Assembly: GCF_964204645.1 (NCBI RefSeq)
Contig: NC_134029.1
Coordinates: 21,880,950-21,944,949 of the forward strand
Length of the DNA: 64,000 nucleotides
From: Tubulanus polymorphus
Taxonomy: Eukaryota; Animalia; Nemertea
Reading direction: 5' to 3'
The notes beneath the pieces were generated by a model. It made no database searches. It had not been told where the DNA came from and was given only the letters and a program-made list of their open reading frames with translations. Below, in pieces: positions 40,504 through 52,912 of this stretch. The first letter of the stretch is position 1; each line of letters begins with the position of its first letter. A program made the position numbers and the translations under genes.

Positions 40504-42719
40504 ATGAGTAAAACGGTACAGATGAGGAATGATAGATTGGATCGCGTCGTTACCTGGACGACAGACGATGTGTCGGACTGGCTCACAGAAAATGATCTCT
40601 CACAATACATCGAACTCTTGTGCGCCAAACACAAACTCGACGGAAAATCTTTGCTGACACTGACCGAATCAGACCTGCGTCAGCCACCACTAAATCTTGA
40701 AATTGTCGGCGATATAAAAAGACTTATGATCGGTATTTGGAAGTTGCAGAAGCTGAACAGCGAATCGTGTTACCTGTTAATGCCCGATGACAGCTCGTCT
40801 GCCAGTGACCGGTCAATGAACGAAGATGAAATCACAAATGATCGACCGGGCATAAAATCGAAAAACCTTGATCCCGAATTATGGAAAACCGCATTGAGTT
40901 TTTTATACGCATTTTCGGTGTCTCTTTTGAATGCGTTAATTGTTGTGATAGTTCACAACCGCATACCGGATAGGAACAAGTATCCTCCATTACCTGACAT
41001 TCTACTAGATAACATACCATACGTTCCCTGGGCATTTAAGACTGCTGAGATTTTCGCGTTCACCCTATCATTAATGTGGTTCTCTATACTGTTTTTCCAT
41101 AAACACAGGTTTGTAGATATTACCCAATAAATAGATTTATAGGCATATATGTATTAGTCGTGACCATCAATCGCCTTCTGACGAATTAGTAAAGCATTTA
41201 TCTATTAAGCTGGGCGTAGGTCGGCCTTTCGACTGTCTGCGATTTGATGCGTTCGCGACTCGATTCTCCGACCGCTAACAGCAAAGGCCCGTCGACCTAC
41301 GCCACCCTTGCGACAGACACAGCGATGCCAGTCCTAACAGATTTTTTTTTCGCGTAGATTCAGTCTAGTTGTAGTCAACGGTCTCCCTGGTAAATGACTT
41401 CTTTATTTTTCAGGTTTATTCTAATTCGTCGCATGTTTACATTGAGCGGTACAATGTATCTACTGCGATGCGTAACGATGTTGATAACTTCACTATCCGT
41501 ACCAGCAGAGCATATACAGTGCGAAATTCGAGTAGGTTATCCTTAATTTATAATTAATTATATTTTGAGAACTCACTCTTAGGAAAAACAAGCCTAAAAT
41601 TTGTGAGAAGAAAAGAGTCACGATCTTAATAGTCTACGTATATACTGGAAACAAGCGCATCATGTTCTTTTCACTTTATACATTTCAGTCGTATAATTCG
41701 TTCATGGATCAACTGAAGAAAGCATTTTTTATACTGAAAGGATTCGGTATGAGTATACACGGAGTTAAAAATTGTGGAGATTATATGTTTAGTGGACATA
41801 CCGTTATATTGACACTTCTGAACTTCTTCATCGCAGAATGTAAGCACAATTGCAAACGCATTTGGTTCACATTATAATCATAAAATTTTCATTTATTTGG
41901 AATTAATTTCATTCAATTTCATGAGCGATATACTGAAGGAAATAACAATCGAAACCTCAAAATTTCAATGTGGTTTCGAATGGAAAGGCCTGTGTGACGG
42001 TGGTGCAAACGGGTTGCCTAATTTCAGTGAAATCATTTTCAATTTGAAACAGAAATGTGTACATAGATATACAAGGTTGTTATGGCTTGGACAGAAATGA
42101 CCAGTTGAGATCCACAGCGAAATATACCAAAGACTGAGCAGCAGAGCACAGACATTCGTATGCTTTATTCAGCAGATTGAGAATTGAATTTGTGTTACAG
42201 TATTTCATATATAATATACATGACGTTACAGTAGATTAAACATTTTGGTTGATGGAACACACCAGTATACCAATTGATAGTTAGAGGGGTGTGACAAGGT
42301 ATTGATAAATTTTTACTTATTAATTTGTTATATATTCATGAAATTAATTTTCAGACTGTCCGTCAGGTTCGATTCTAATACCTATGCTGTCATGGTCACT
42401 GAATCTCCTTGGAATGTTCTTCGTACTTGCCGCGCATGAACATTATTCGATCGACTTGTTTATAGCATTCTACATCGCCTCCCGTCTGTTTCTGTACTAT
42501 CACACGTTTGCCAATAACCGATCGCTGATGCTACACGATCGCTCGCGCGCTAAATTCTGGTTCCCGTTGTTTTCGTATTTCGAATCAAAATGCGACGGTA
42601 TCGTGCCGAATGAGTACGAGTGGCCATTGCCGTGGCCGAAATCTTTTAAACGACTTTTCTCCAACAAATACGTCCGGAACAAAGATCATAGGTCTCTTTT
42701 GCTTGTTCGCATGGATTGA
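40504..42719 (+). CDS. SAMD8: Sphingomyelin synthase-related protein (SMSr), copy A. Exons 40504-41108, 41414-41531, 41689-41839, 42355-42719
   Basis: N-terminal SAM domain ([29 protein letters not shown]) and SMS motifs [32 protein letters not shown], followed by [17 protein letters not shown]. Confidence 0.92.
41212..41304. repeat. GC-rich hairpin / inverted repeat in SMSr copy A intron
   Basis: GGCGTAGGTCG.GCCTTT ... AAAGGC..CGACCTACGCC. Confidence 0.6.
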
Positions 42720-44034
42720 AAGTTGTAAAGGAGGTGCGAGGTCTGGGCCATAGATCTCTGTGTTACCGGCTAAACGACGTCGTGTGACACAAGGCTAAAC
42801 CAGCGGAAGCTATTGGACAGGCAAGGACGTTTATTCATCTTGAAATATCAGAGCCCTATGTTAAGGGTGGCCCTAGATAGGCTCATAGATCATAGGAACT
42901 CCCTACGTGATGTACGTTACACATATATATGATTTGTTTTTAGAATATTTCATCTACAAATCATACCGTAGATATCTATTACAGACGTTGTTTGTGCCAT
43001 AGTTGTTTTTTTATCGCATACTGTGATTTTTACGTGGTTTTAAAACCAGTTTTTACTCTAAATTCAAATTGATTAATCCTTACCGGCATGCCTGACCTTA
43101 CCAATATCACAGTTACGGATGTCTTATTTACGTAATGATGCTCATTGTTTTTGTAAGTGTATTTTTATATGGACAGGAATGCCAGAGACTAGGTATATAA
43201 ACGTGTTGAGTTTTAATGTTTGTAAAAGAAAAAAATGATGATTTTTACGTGTTAACCATCCGTCCAAAAATAAATGTGTCAGTTTTGTCATTTTAAAGTT
43301 TTCTATCTTCGGTTCCTCCCAAGATTCGACAGTTTAAAACGAAGTCTTACTGGCAGAAAAACCAGTTTCTTTTACCTAGAAAATCTCATATTTCAAAATT
43401 AATGATAACTTCATTGATGTTACGTAAATGGATTTGAATCAAATTTCGTATTCATGTTAAATCAAAGAATACCAACAGAATATTTGTGTGCTTAATTTTA
43501 ATACAAGAACACGCTGCAGGCCTCAACAAACTGGGGTATTCTGTAGCGAGATAAATACAGGTTTCCTGGAAATTTTGACTGGCAAAATGTGAAAAATTCC
43601 ACCCGACATAGGTCTATGTCAAAAGTCTATACAGTACTTCTTAAAGCAGTAAACTAATTATCAAAATTTTCTGGGGGACCCCCAGATCCCCCTGCAAGGC
43701 CATCGCGCCTCGGCGCTCTCCTAGACTCCCTCCACGTGTAATAAAGTGTCATTTTCATACGAGAAGAAACGCCCTTTCTCCCAGCCTGGATCCGCCCCTG
43801 CAGGGGAAACCCGTTATGACGATTTTGGCTTAAAACACGGGTCATCAATCTGCTGAAATGTAATGAGGTTTTGCGACACATCAAGTATAGATACGTATAC
43901 ATATATACGTCAATTCAAATTCAAATACGTCATATGAGGTTTCACAAACTATATTCAGGATTAAACTTCGGGTTAAAACCATTCCGTTGAAGCCATATGG
44001 TGAATTTTGAATAAGTAGCTGATTCAACGGAATG

Positions 44035-44170
<136 letters not shown>

Positions 44171-47100
44171 GTGATGTATTCATGTATTCGTGGGGCGCAG
44201 AGCGGGTGGGGTCGTCTGGCCGTCATTAAATCGGGTTTCAAATCGTGGTGTTTTCGTACGAGAGGCTACGATAAACGTCGACGTTTTCCTCGTCAATTGA
44301 TCAACAAACTGGCTCGAAAATCGATCGTGAATAAATTCCAAAATATCGATAACTAAGATTTTTTAGTGGATAGCGCGACTGATCCGCACGCGCGGTAGCC
44401 AGTCAACAATAGTGTGTTGAAGATACAGACGTTTACTGCGGAGATTGAATTCAAGGCGACCAGGGCATTGATCTCGGAGATTCACGTGTTTTTTTACCAT
44501 TCCGGAGATTCTGGGTCGAGTACTGCGTACAGATAATGGTGCCAATTAGATTGTTACATAAATAGATACTAAATTTGATTCGATTAATGGCACAAAGCCG
44601 GGCGTTAATCCGTATTTTTCGCTTCCGGTCGTGACCGTGCAATCGCGTTATCCGGCGGGCCATTTCAAGAACCTGCTATACCGATTTTTCGGAATTTTTA
44701 TTTTCATAACATACGATTTTCGAGCTGACTCTCACTGTCTGAGTCATGATAAAAACGCCAACGTTTATCGATGCCAATATCTAATAACAATATGAAAAAG
44801 TACACATGTGCCAATTCGAAAATGCATTATTTTCTGGGCACAAAGGTTATCGTAGAGAGGAATTCAAATCGTAATTCTGACATCGTCTTCTTTTCCTCAA
44901 AAATCGTTGCAATTTTACATTAAAATCACATTCGATTGCTGTAGCGTAACGCTATAGCAATCGAGGATGTCAGTTATTTGATAAAACAGAACTAAACTAT
45001 AGAAACTTGCTTATACCAAACACCGAGTAGAAATGTAGCATATCATCTATATATACTAGGTGGTTTAGTACGTCAACATTGTTCTAATTTGCCGACTGCG
45101 GTGTTCGGTGGTGGGTGGTGTGGTCTCGGTCACCACGCTATCATACCAGAATGATTACATGTCTTCTAATATGATCAATACATCGACCACGGAAGCTCCC
45201 TTTATAATAAGAATCTCATTAAATGCTATTTTCACATTTCTGTTCAGCAAGAAATGGAATTGATCGCATTACACGCGCATAGTCACAGCCGTTACATACC
45301 GCTGTCACCACCAGCCCCCTTCCGCGTACTCCGCACAATCAAGTCGCACTACCTTTACGTTCGTTCACATCTAATCGAGTGGTCCGCGGCAGATAATTAT
45401 TGCATACGCAGATAGGCCGGGCATTCAAACTTGCAATTGACCTCGATAGATACGGAGTTTTTTACCATTCAAGTACGTACGTACGTTATATTTAATATCA
45501 CGTGACACCCTTTTCCTCAGCATTCGGGCAATCAATAGTGGGGCGTTGTCAGTGGAGTGGTACCAGTATATTATCATTCCATACTTTGGATTACCGATTT
45601 AACTCTGGTAAGTCAAACTGTCATTATCCATAGTTATGTTATATTACATGATATCTGTTATGCGATACTCCATGCGATATGGCTATGGAGTACGCCACTA
45701 TTGACAATCTGATATACCAACTATACTCATGCGACCTGATGTACATTATGGCATGCTGTTTATTTCATACATTTAGCGTATTGAAAATACAGATTGTCCT
45801 CCATATTGTGTGTTTAATACATGGGAAAACCAGACATGCGATGCTTCTGATTGGATCGCTAAAAACCGAAATGTTGGCCAGACTCCATCACATCGTTTCG
45901 TCAGTACATTTCATATCGAACAGTCAGTATCATCAACACATACATTCCACCTCGTATCCATGAGCAACTATAACTACAGCGCTGGTTTCTTCGTTTCCAA
46001 ACAGCTTTGAAACCGAATGGGCCCATCAATGGCCTCTTCGGTTATTGGCATTCATATTAAATCACTAATCTATTGTTCGTCCTCATGTGATGCCTCATCC
46101 CCTGTCTTCGTTTAGTGTGGAATCATTTATCGTTTGGATAATAAGGAGCCTGATGTTGAAATGAGAACAATATCTAGGTAAACCTGTCAGCTTCGTATAT
46201 CTACAGAAGACAACTTAACTGAAATGCTTTCGGTATATATACATCGCGTGGAGTATATATGTAGTGTACCTTCGTTTATTGCATTGTATACCTGTTGTAC
46301 GAGAAATTTTTACAAAAAACGCTGCGAATGTGTAGAATCTCTACTCAGGCGCTCATGATACAGTAAAGCCTAGAAATACCAGCTAAGTCGTTTGACGAGT
46401 GGTATTCGTAGTGACTGGCTGAACAAAAATTGATTCGAGTGCTCCTTTCCATATTATATGGTCACTGACGAAATTTTCGGCGAAGGCAGGTAAATTTTCT
46501 ATATGAACGATATACGAAATTAATTAATTTACACTTGAAAATATCAACATTCGAAATTGGAAAAAAGAAGATATAACGCGAATGTAACAAGGGATAGATG
46601 AGATAAGAAATATATACTTCAATTAAAGTGATCAAAAATCAGATCAATGATAACTAGCGATATTTTACATCGGAAGTCAGTTGTAAGGATAGCGTAATGA
46701 GGAAAATCTTTCATAATACGTTCGCATAGATGATATTACCATTTTATGAAATAAGCAAAAAAATGTATATTGTAATGTAAATGTATACATTTTATTGCTT
46801 GAGTATGGGAGTCGTCGGTGGAGACTTAAAGATATACTGAATTTCGGTTTTGTCAGATCCATGACCTAAAAACTATTGTATTTGTAACGCGAATCGGGTT
46901 TAATTCAATACGACACACGATCAGAATACAAGAAAATTCATGAAAAAACACGAAATTGATTTACATGACAAGTATGCACTATATTCTGCGTATATTCACT
47001 AATGTGCTGCTAAACTTATCGGAAAGGTATTATGGAAGATCCAACCTGGATTAGACTGACGTGCGACGGATATCGACCAATTCATTGTTAATAATAGATT

Positions 47101-48123
47101 TGACTTCGGTGCGCAATAAAACATTTATATATGGTACATATGGTACATTAATGGCTCGCCGTTGATGTAAGGTGCGTAGACATATTGTATTTTTCTAATT
47201 GAAGGGTTCAGGGACCTTGGAGTCTCCACGCAGGGACAATTTCCATTGGCTGAAATGCTTGAAAATCTGACAATTTTAACACACTGTATCGTGTCAAATG
47301 AATAAACCTTGAAACTCATCTCAATAATAATGGCTTTTAGACTAACATTTTGCAATTGAGTGTGCGCGGTTACGCATATTTACTAATATATAGGCTAAAT
47401 ACACGTGCGTGGGCTGTTGAACGCCCCCTGGTGAACAAACGAATAACCGTGATAGTCACTATATCATAGAAAATGTTATGAACCAAAACTTTGCAATTGA
47501 TTGTGGTAAGAAAATATCTGTAGATACCAACATAGAAAAACTTGACGCCAAAGGACACCATCTTGTGACCGATCGGTCCAATCATAGACTATGAAAAAGT
47601 TACAGCATGTGGTCCAATCTGCCTTGTGATGATGGAGCTTTAGTGGATACAAAGATATATAAAACCTCAAAATAATTGATCGAAGCGTTTTCAAAATATG
47701 CCCTGAAAACATCTTCCAAAATTAACAACAAACAGTCAGCCATCTTGATTATGATTATGCCAATGGTTCGAGCGATTGAAAGAACGATAATTGAACGCTA
47801 TAGCCCTGTGGGCTTGAAATTGGTGTTGCTTGAATGTCACATTTTAAAGCATGCATATCAATCACTCGGTTGGCACGGTAGATATAGTTCGATTTATCCA
47901 AAAACAACTAAATGGAATCCTGTCATTTTTAGTTAGTCTCAGGAATATATGATTCAAATGCGTTCACATTCTAGACATAAGACGGAGAAAATTTATCATG
48001 TCATAAGTTCTGTTTGCATGAAGAATAATTGGTATATTACGTCATACATGCATTGTAGAATTCAAAAGCTAATCATTGGTTCGTTATGTACTTATTTTTT
48101 TTAGATCGAAATAAATAATACAG

Positions 48124-49869
48124 ATGAGTAATGATAGATTGGACCGCGTCGTTACCTGGACGACAGACGATGTGTCGGACTGGCTCGCAGAAAATGATCT
48201 CTCACAATACATCGAACTCTTGTGCGCCAAACACAAACTCGACGGAAAATCTTTGCTGACACTGACCGAATCAGATCTGCGTCAGCCGCCGCTAAATCTT
48301 GAAATCGTCGGTGATATAAAAAGACTTATGATCGGTATTTGGAAGTTGCAGAAGCTGAACAGCGAATCGTGTTACCTGTTAATGCCCGATGACAGCTCGT
48401 CTGCCAGTGACCGGTCGAGCAATGGATTTACTGCAAACGAATTTCATGATTTTGACCAAACGGATTCGTCCATTAGAATTATTAATCCTGAAATATGGAA
48501 AACCTTATTAAGTTTTTTGTACGCATTCACCATTTCGATGGTGATGAGCTTTATCGTATTTATATCTAATGAACGCATGCCGGATGGTCCTGTGCTTCCG
48601 GATATCGTGCTGGACAATCTACCGCGTATGCCATGGGCATTCAAAGCGACTGAAATACTAACCATGATTCTAGCATTCATGTTGCTATCTATATTATTTT
48701 TTCATAAACACAGGTTTGTAAACATATTTGAAATTCAAATCGACAATTTCCCCGGTCCCTAGCATGTATTGCATATAGTCGTGATTTGAACTTGACCCAA
48801 AATATCTGATGATTTTAATCAAATTTAAAACTTTGTATCTATGAACTGAAGGTACAGGTCGAGGTTACGCTATATATACTTTCTATACATGCAAAAAATG
48901 TGTTTGAAATAAATTGAGTTTCTGAATGATTCAGTTGTTAGCTGAGGTCACCTTATGGAGCTCAGTACTATGAATCTTTGACTTGAACTATAACCGGTTT
49001 ATGAAAGTTTTTTGTGTGTATATTTCAGATTAATTATGCTACGACGTATGTTTTTATTGGGTGGTACAATATATTTACTGCGTGCTGTGACCGTTTTGAT
49101 CACATCGTTACCCTCTACCGGAAGACACGTGACAGTGCGGTGTGAAGGACACGTACGTTAATTTCGAAATTCGTGAAGCAAAAACACATTCTTAAATTGT
49201 AGAACAGTTTGTCTAAAGTCGATATTCCCACTTTGTATAACGATAATTCCTGTCTTGTTCATTGCAGCACTACAGTACCACGGAAAAAATTAAAAAGACA
49301 TTTATGATGTTGAAAGGATTCGGTATGAGTATCAACGAAGTAGAAAATTGTGGAGATTATATGTTTAGTGGACATACTGTTATATTGACACTGCTGAACT
49401 TCTTCATCGCAGAATGTAAGCAACGACATCGTGAGCAATTAGATTATTCAGACTATTCGCGCAGACCGGACATCTTAATCACTTCTCTTCTTTTTCAGAC
49501 TGTCCATCGGGTTGGCCTTGGCTGTTAGTTCCCACCGTGTCCTGGGTTCTGAATTTGCTCGGGATGTTCTTCATACTGGCCGCCCACGACCATTACTCTA
49601 TTGACATATTCATAGCATTCTACATCACTACCCGTCTGTTTTTGTACTATCACACGTTTGCCAATAACTTCTCACTGATGCAACGCGATCGCCGACGTAC
49701 GAGATTTTGGTTCCCGTTGTTTTCGTATTTCGAATCAAAATGCGACGGTATCGTGCCGAATGAGTACGAGTGGCCATTGCCGTGGCCGAAATCTTTTAAA
49801 CGATTTTTCTCCAACAAATACGTCCGAAACAAAGATCATAGATCTCTCTTACTTGTCTGTATGGATTGA
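48124..49869 (+). CDS. SAMD8: Sphingomyelin synthase-related protein (SMSr), tandem copy B. Exons 48124-48713, 49029-49152, 49268-49415, 49499-49869
   Basis: Same exon structure and phases as copy A, near-identical SAM domain, motifs [14 protein letters not shown] and AAHDHYSID, and an intact reading frame. Confidence 0.9.
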
Positions 49870-51171
49870 TAAAAAGCGATTTGTAATTAGAATTTATTTG
49901 CGGTAGGGCCGTCATTACTAGTATGTTGATTTATACAAAAATAATATCGCCACAGGTGATTGGGCTAAGGCCCTCGCTATGTCCACATTCCGCTTTAATT
50001 AAGCCGGCGAGTTATCGTCTAAACCGGGGTCCATGATGCGATGATTTTTGAGTATTGCCGGACAAATTTTAGGACACATTTGTCTCGTCTGTAAATACTT
50101 ACAAAAAAGTGCTAGTCTCCTGGTATAAATGTACAACATAAAATGTTGATTTTTTTCACTCTATAAGTTATAGGTTTTTCATATTTTAATGATAATTGCT
50201 GTGTTTAGGAAACTTAGTTTATTTATCCGAAATGACAAAATATATATACGTAGCATAGTTATTTTCTCGAAACTAATTTTTTTTAGAACAAGATTAATTT
50301 GTTCTTACCATTGTTGTAGACATATAGATCGCTAAAATGGACTGTGTGCTAAACACAGCCCTACTTATGAAAATGCCCGTCCATTTCACCACTTCATTCG
50401 ACAGAAAGTTATATTTTTCATACATATATATCCCTATTAGCTCCCACGCAAAAAGTCCACGCGTTACGTTAAACGTTACTTGTTATGTGAAGTAGTTGAT
50501 TGTCCCGGTTGGATAAACTATGATACTTTACCCCGGGGAACGCTACATTTGACTGTTATTTTGCTGCTGGTTTTTACAGAACGGAAATTCTCGACGAATT
50601 GTAGAATTGTAGAATTTCCCTCCCGTCCTCGCCGTGTGAATAGATAGAAACATCGTTTTGCTTGAATATGATATCGACCACTTGCTATAGAGAAATGACC
50701 TGTTTATTTAAATCATGACTAAATTTCATCATTTATGAATTTCCACCATGCTTATTTCACTCCCATTTTCTACAACCACCTGTTACAATTCCATGTCTTA
50801 AATTCTAACCTATTTTCTGTACTAATAAGGAATGTATTTAAGTGTTATCTAAGGCTAATTATCACGTATTTATCGTCCAAACTTCAGTCCAAATAATTAG
50901 TGCCTTTTAGATTAGGGTAGATTAGATTCTGTTATGTTTGACTATAGCTTCTTTATGATCTAATGAACGTTTAATCTGTGCGGATCGAAAATCTCTACAT
51001 TCCTAAACACACATCGTTACCCCATCCCCAGGCGAGTTATTGATAAAAAGGTTAATATAATAAAAGGTTAATATATATATTTATTGTTATAACGAACGCT
51101 TTTATGAATATTAAGATTACTTATATTATACATTGCCATCGCACGTATGGCTGACTCAGAAATTTTAAGTA

Positions 51172-51267
51172 CAGTAGATTTCGCTCAAGTCGGATCTTAT
51201 GGAGCCGTAAAAATGTTTCCGACTGGAGTGACATCCCAGTTGGATCCGACTTGGGCGGAGTTTACCG
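51172..51267. mobile_element. Tc1/mariner-type MITE with TA flanks
   Basis: TA|CAGTAGATTTCGCTCAAGTCGGATC ... GATCCGACTTGGGCGGAGTTTACCG|TA. Confidence 0.75.
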
Positions 51268-52912
51268 TAGAAATTATGCAGAGCTTGAATTTTATAGATT
51301 GTTTAACGTCGATGTGATACACAGAAATTATATTCTTTAATACGAAATAGATGAGCATTTCGGCCTACGAGACAACTTAAAAATATAGGATCGTTTCAAC
51401 AAAGGTTGTTGTTGAAATTATATATTATGCAAAATCGTTGTTTATATGATGTATAAGCTTTCTATGGTCGGAGTTAATCTATTTTATACATGTGATTGCC
51501 GATACTCGGAGGAGTAATCAATGATCAAACAACGTCTCATATCGATATAAGGCAGTTTATTTATACATATATGATATATATGGTACATGTACTGGGGTAT
51601 AATATTATATAAATGTAATTTCTGGGCGCTCCTGTCATAAGTATATAATTTGTATATTTATTATTTTCGATTAAAATATTGTACCGTGCGACCGAACTAC
51701 GGTCAGCTTAGAAATAAAATGAACGGTTACGATTATTGAATCCTGACTTTTTGATCGACTTTTTCGCACCCGTGCCTTCGGTGGCGGCGTCGTGTGTGTT
51801 GGTTATATCTGCGCACGGGAACGCAAATTGCCGCCTTTAATCAACCTTCGTCTCACGACATAAGTGAGTGCCCCGCACAGGACCGAGTTCCACAGCTTGT
51901 GAGTTCCTAAGATTTGACCTAGAGTTGACTGAATAAAAATGAAAAATCTCAACTCAAAGTTTACTCTTGCTCCCAACTGTGGAACTGGATCCAGGAGACG
52001 AATCTAAAGAATTTCGTTACAAAATATATCGTGGTTGCGTGCGGTCGAGTCTCCGAAACTGCAAATCAAACCATGAACTGAAAGGACGTTTTGATGATAG
52101 AGCCCGTCCCACCATAATGGGTCAGTTGCTCAAAAGTTTGTTGGGGTTAACTGCTGACCAACCATGGTACGCGTTTGACCATCGTCCAGTCAACGGGGTG
52201 AATTTCTGAAAAGCGTTTTTTTTCTGCGACCTGCTGCAACTCGATTTCACATGAGATTTGAATCATTTGATGTTTTTACGGCCGGTGGCCACAATATACA
52301 AATTATGTATCACAAATAATTCCGGAATACAAACTTGACTCGGAAACCAGAGTCTGACTATTTATTGATGGATGAAAAATATACGCCGCGAAGAACAACT
52401 TAACGATTTGTAGGGCCCAGCAGTTGCATAGTGGATCTCCGACACCTGATGCATTCCACTTGTGAGTTTCTTAGTTATCTGAGTTTAAATTACTCGAAGT
52501 TCATTTCATTCAGGGGTCAAATCTTAACTGTGGAATTGGGTCCGGAACATAATCTATCATTTATTTAGACTTCGATTGAAACCGAATATTCAATAGATTA
52601 TTTTTAATGAATGTACTTCGGTTTCGATTCAGGCCGCGTGTGCGAGAGTCCCGGTCGGCAGCCGCGGCAGGTGCCGTCGGTCAAAACGAATTAACAACGT
52701 AACAATATGAGATCATTAATTGAATTGAAATGAAATGATTATATGGGGATTCGACCTCACTTGTCATCCGGTGACGTATTGCGTAGAACCGTTACAATAA
52801 ACACGCGTGTGGATTGATTCTATCAACGCGACGGTCGCGTGCGTCCAGGTCCAGTGTCCTCGTCGGACTTCATGAATTTACAAATAACGGCTTTACTTGA
52901 TTTAAAATCAAC

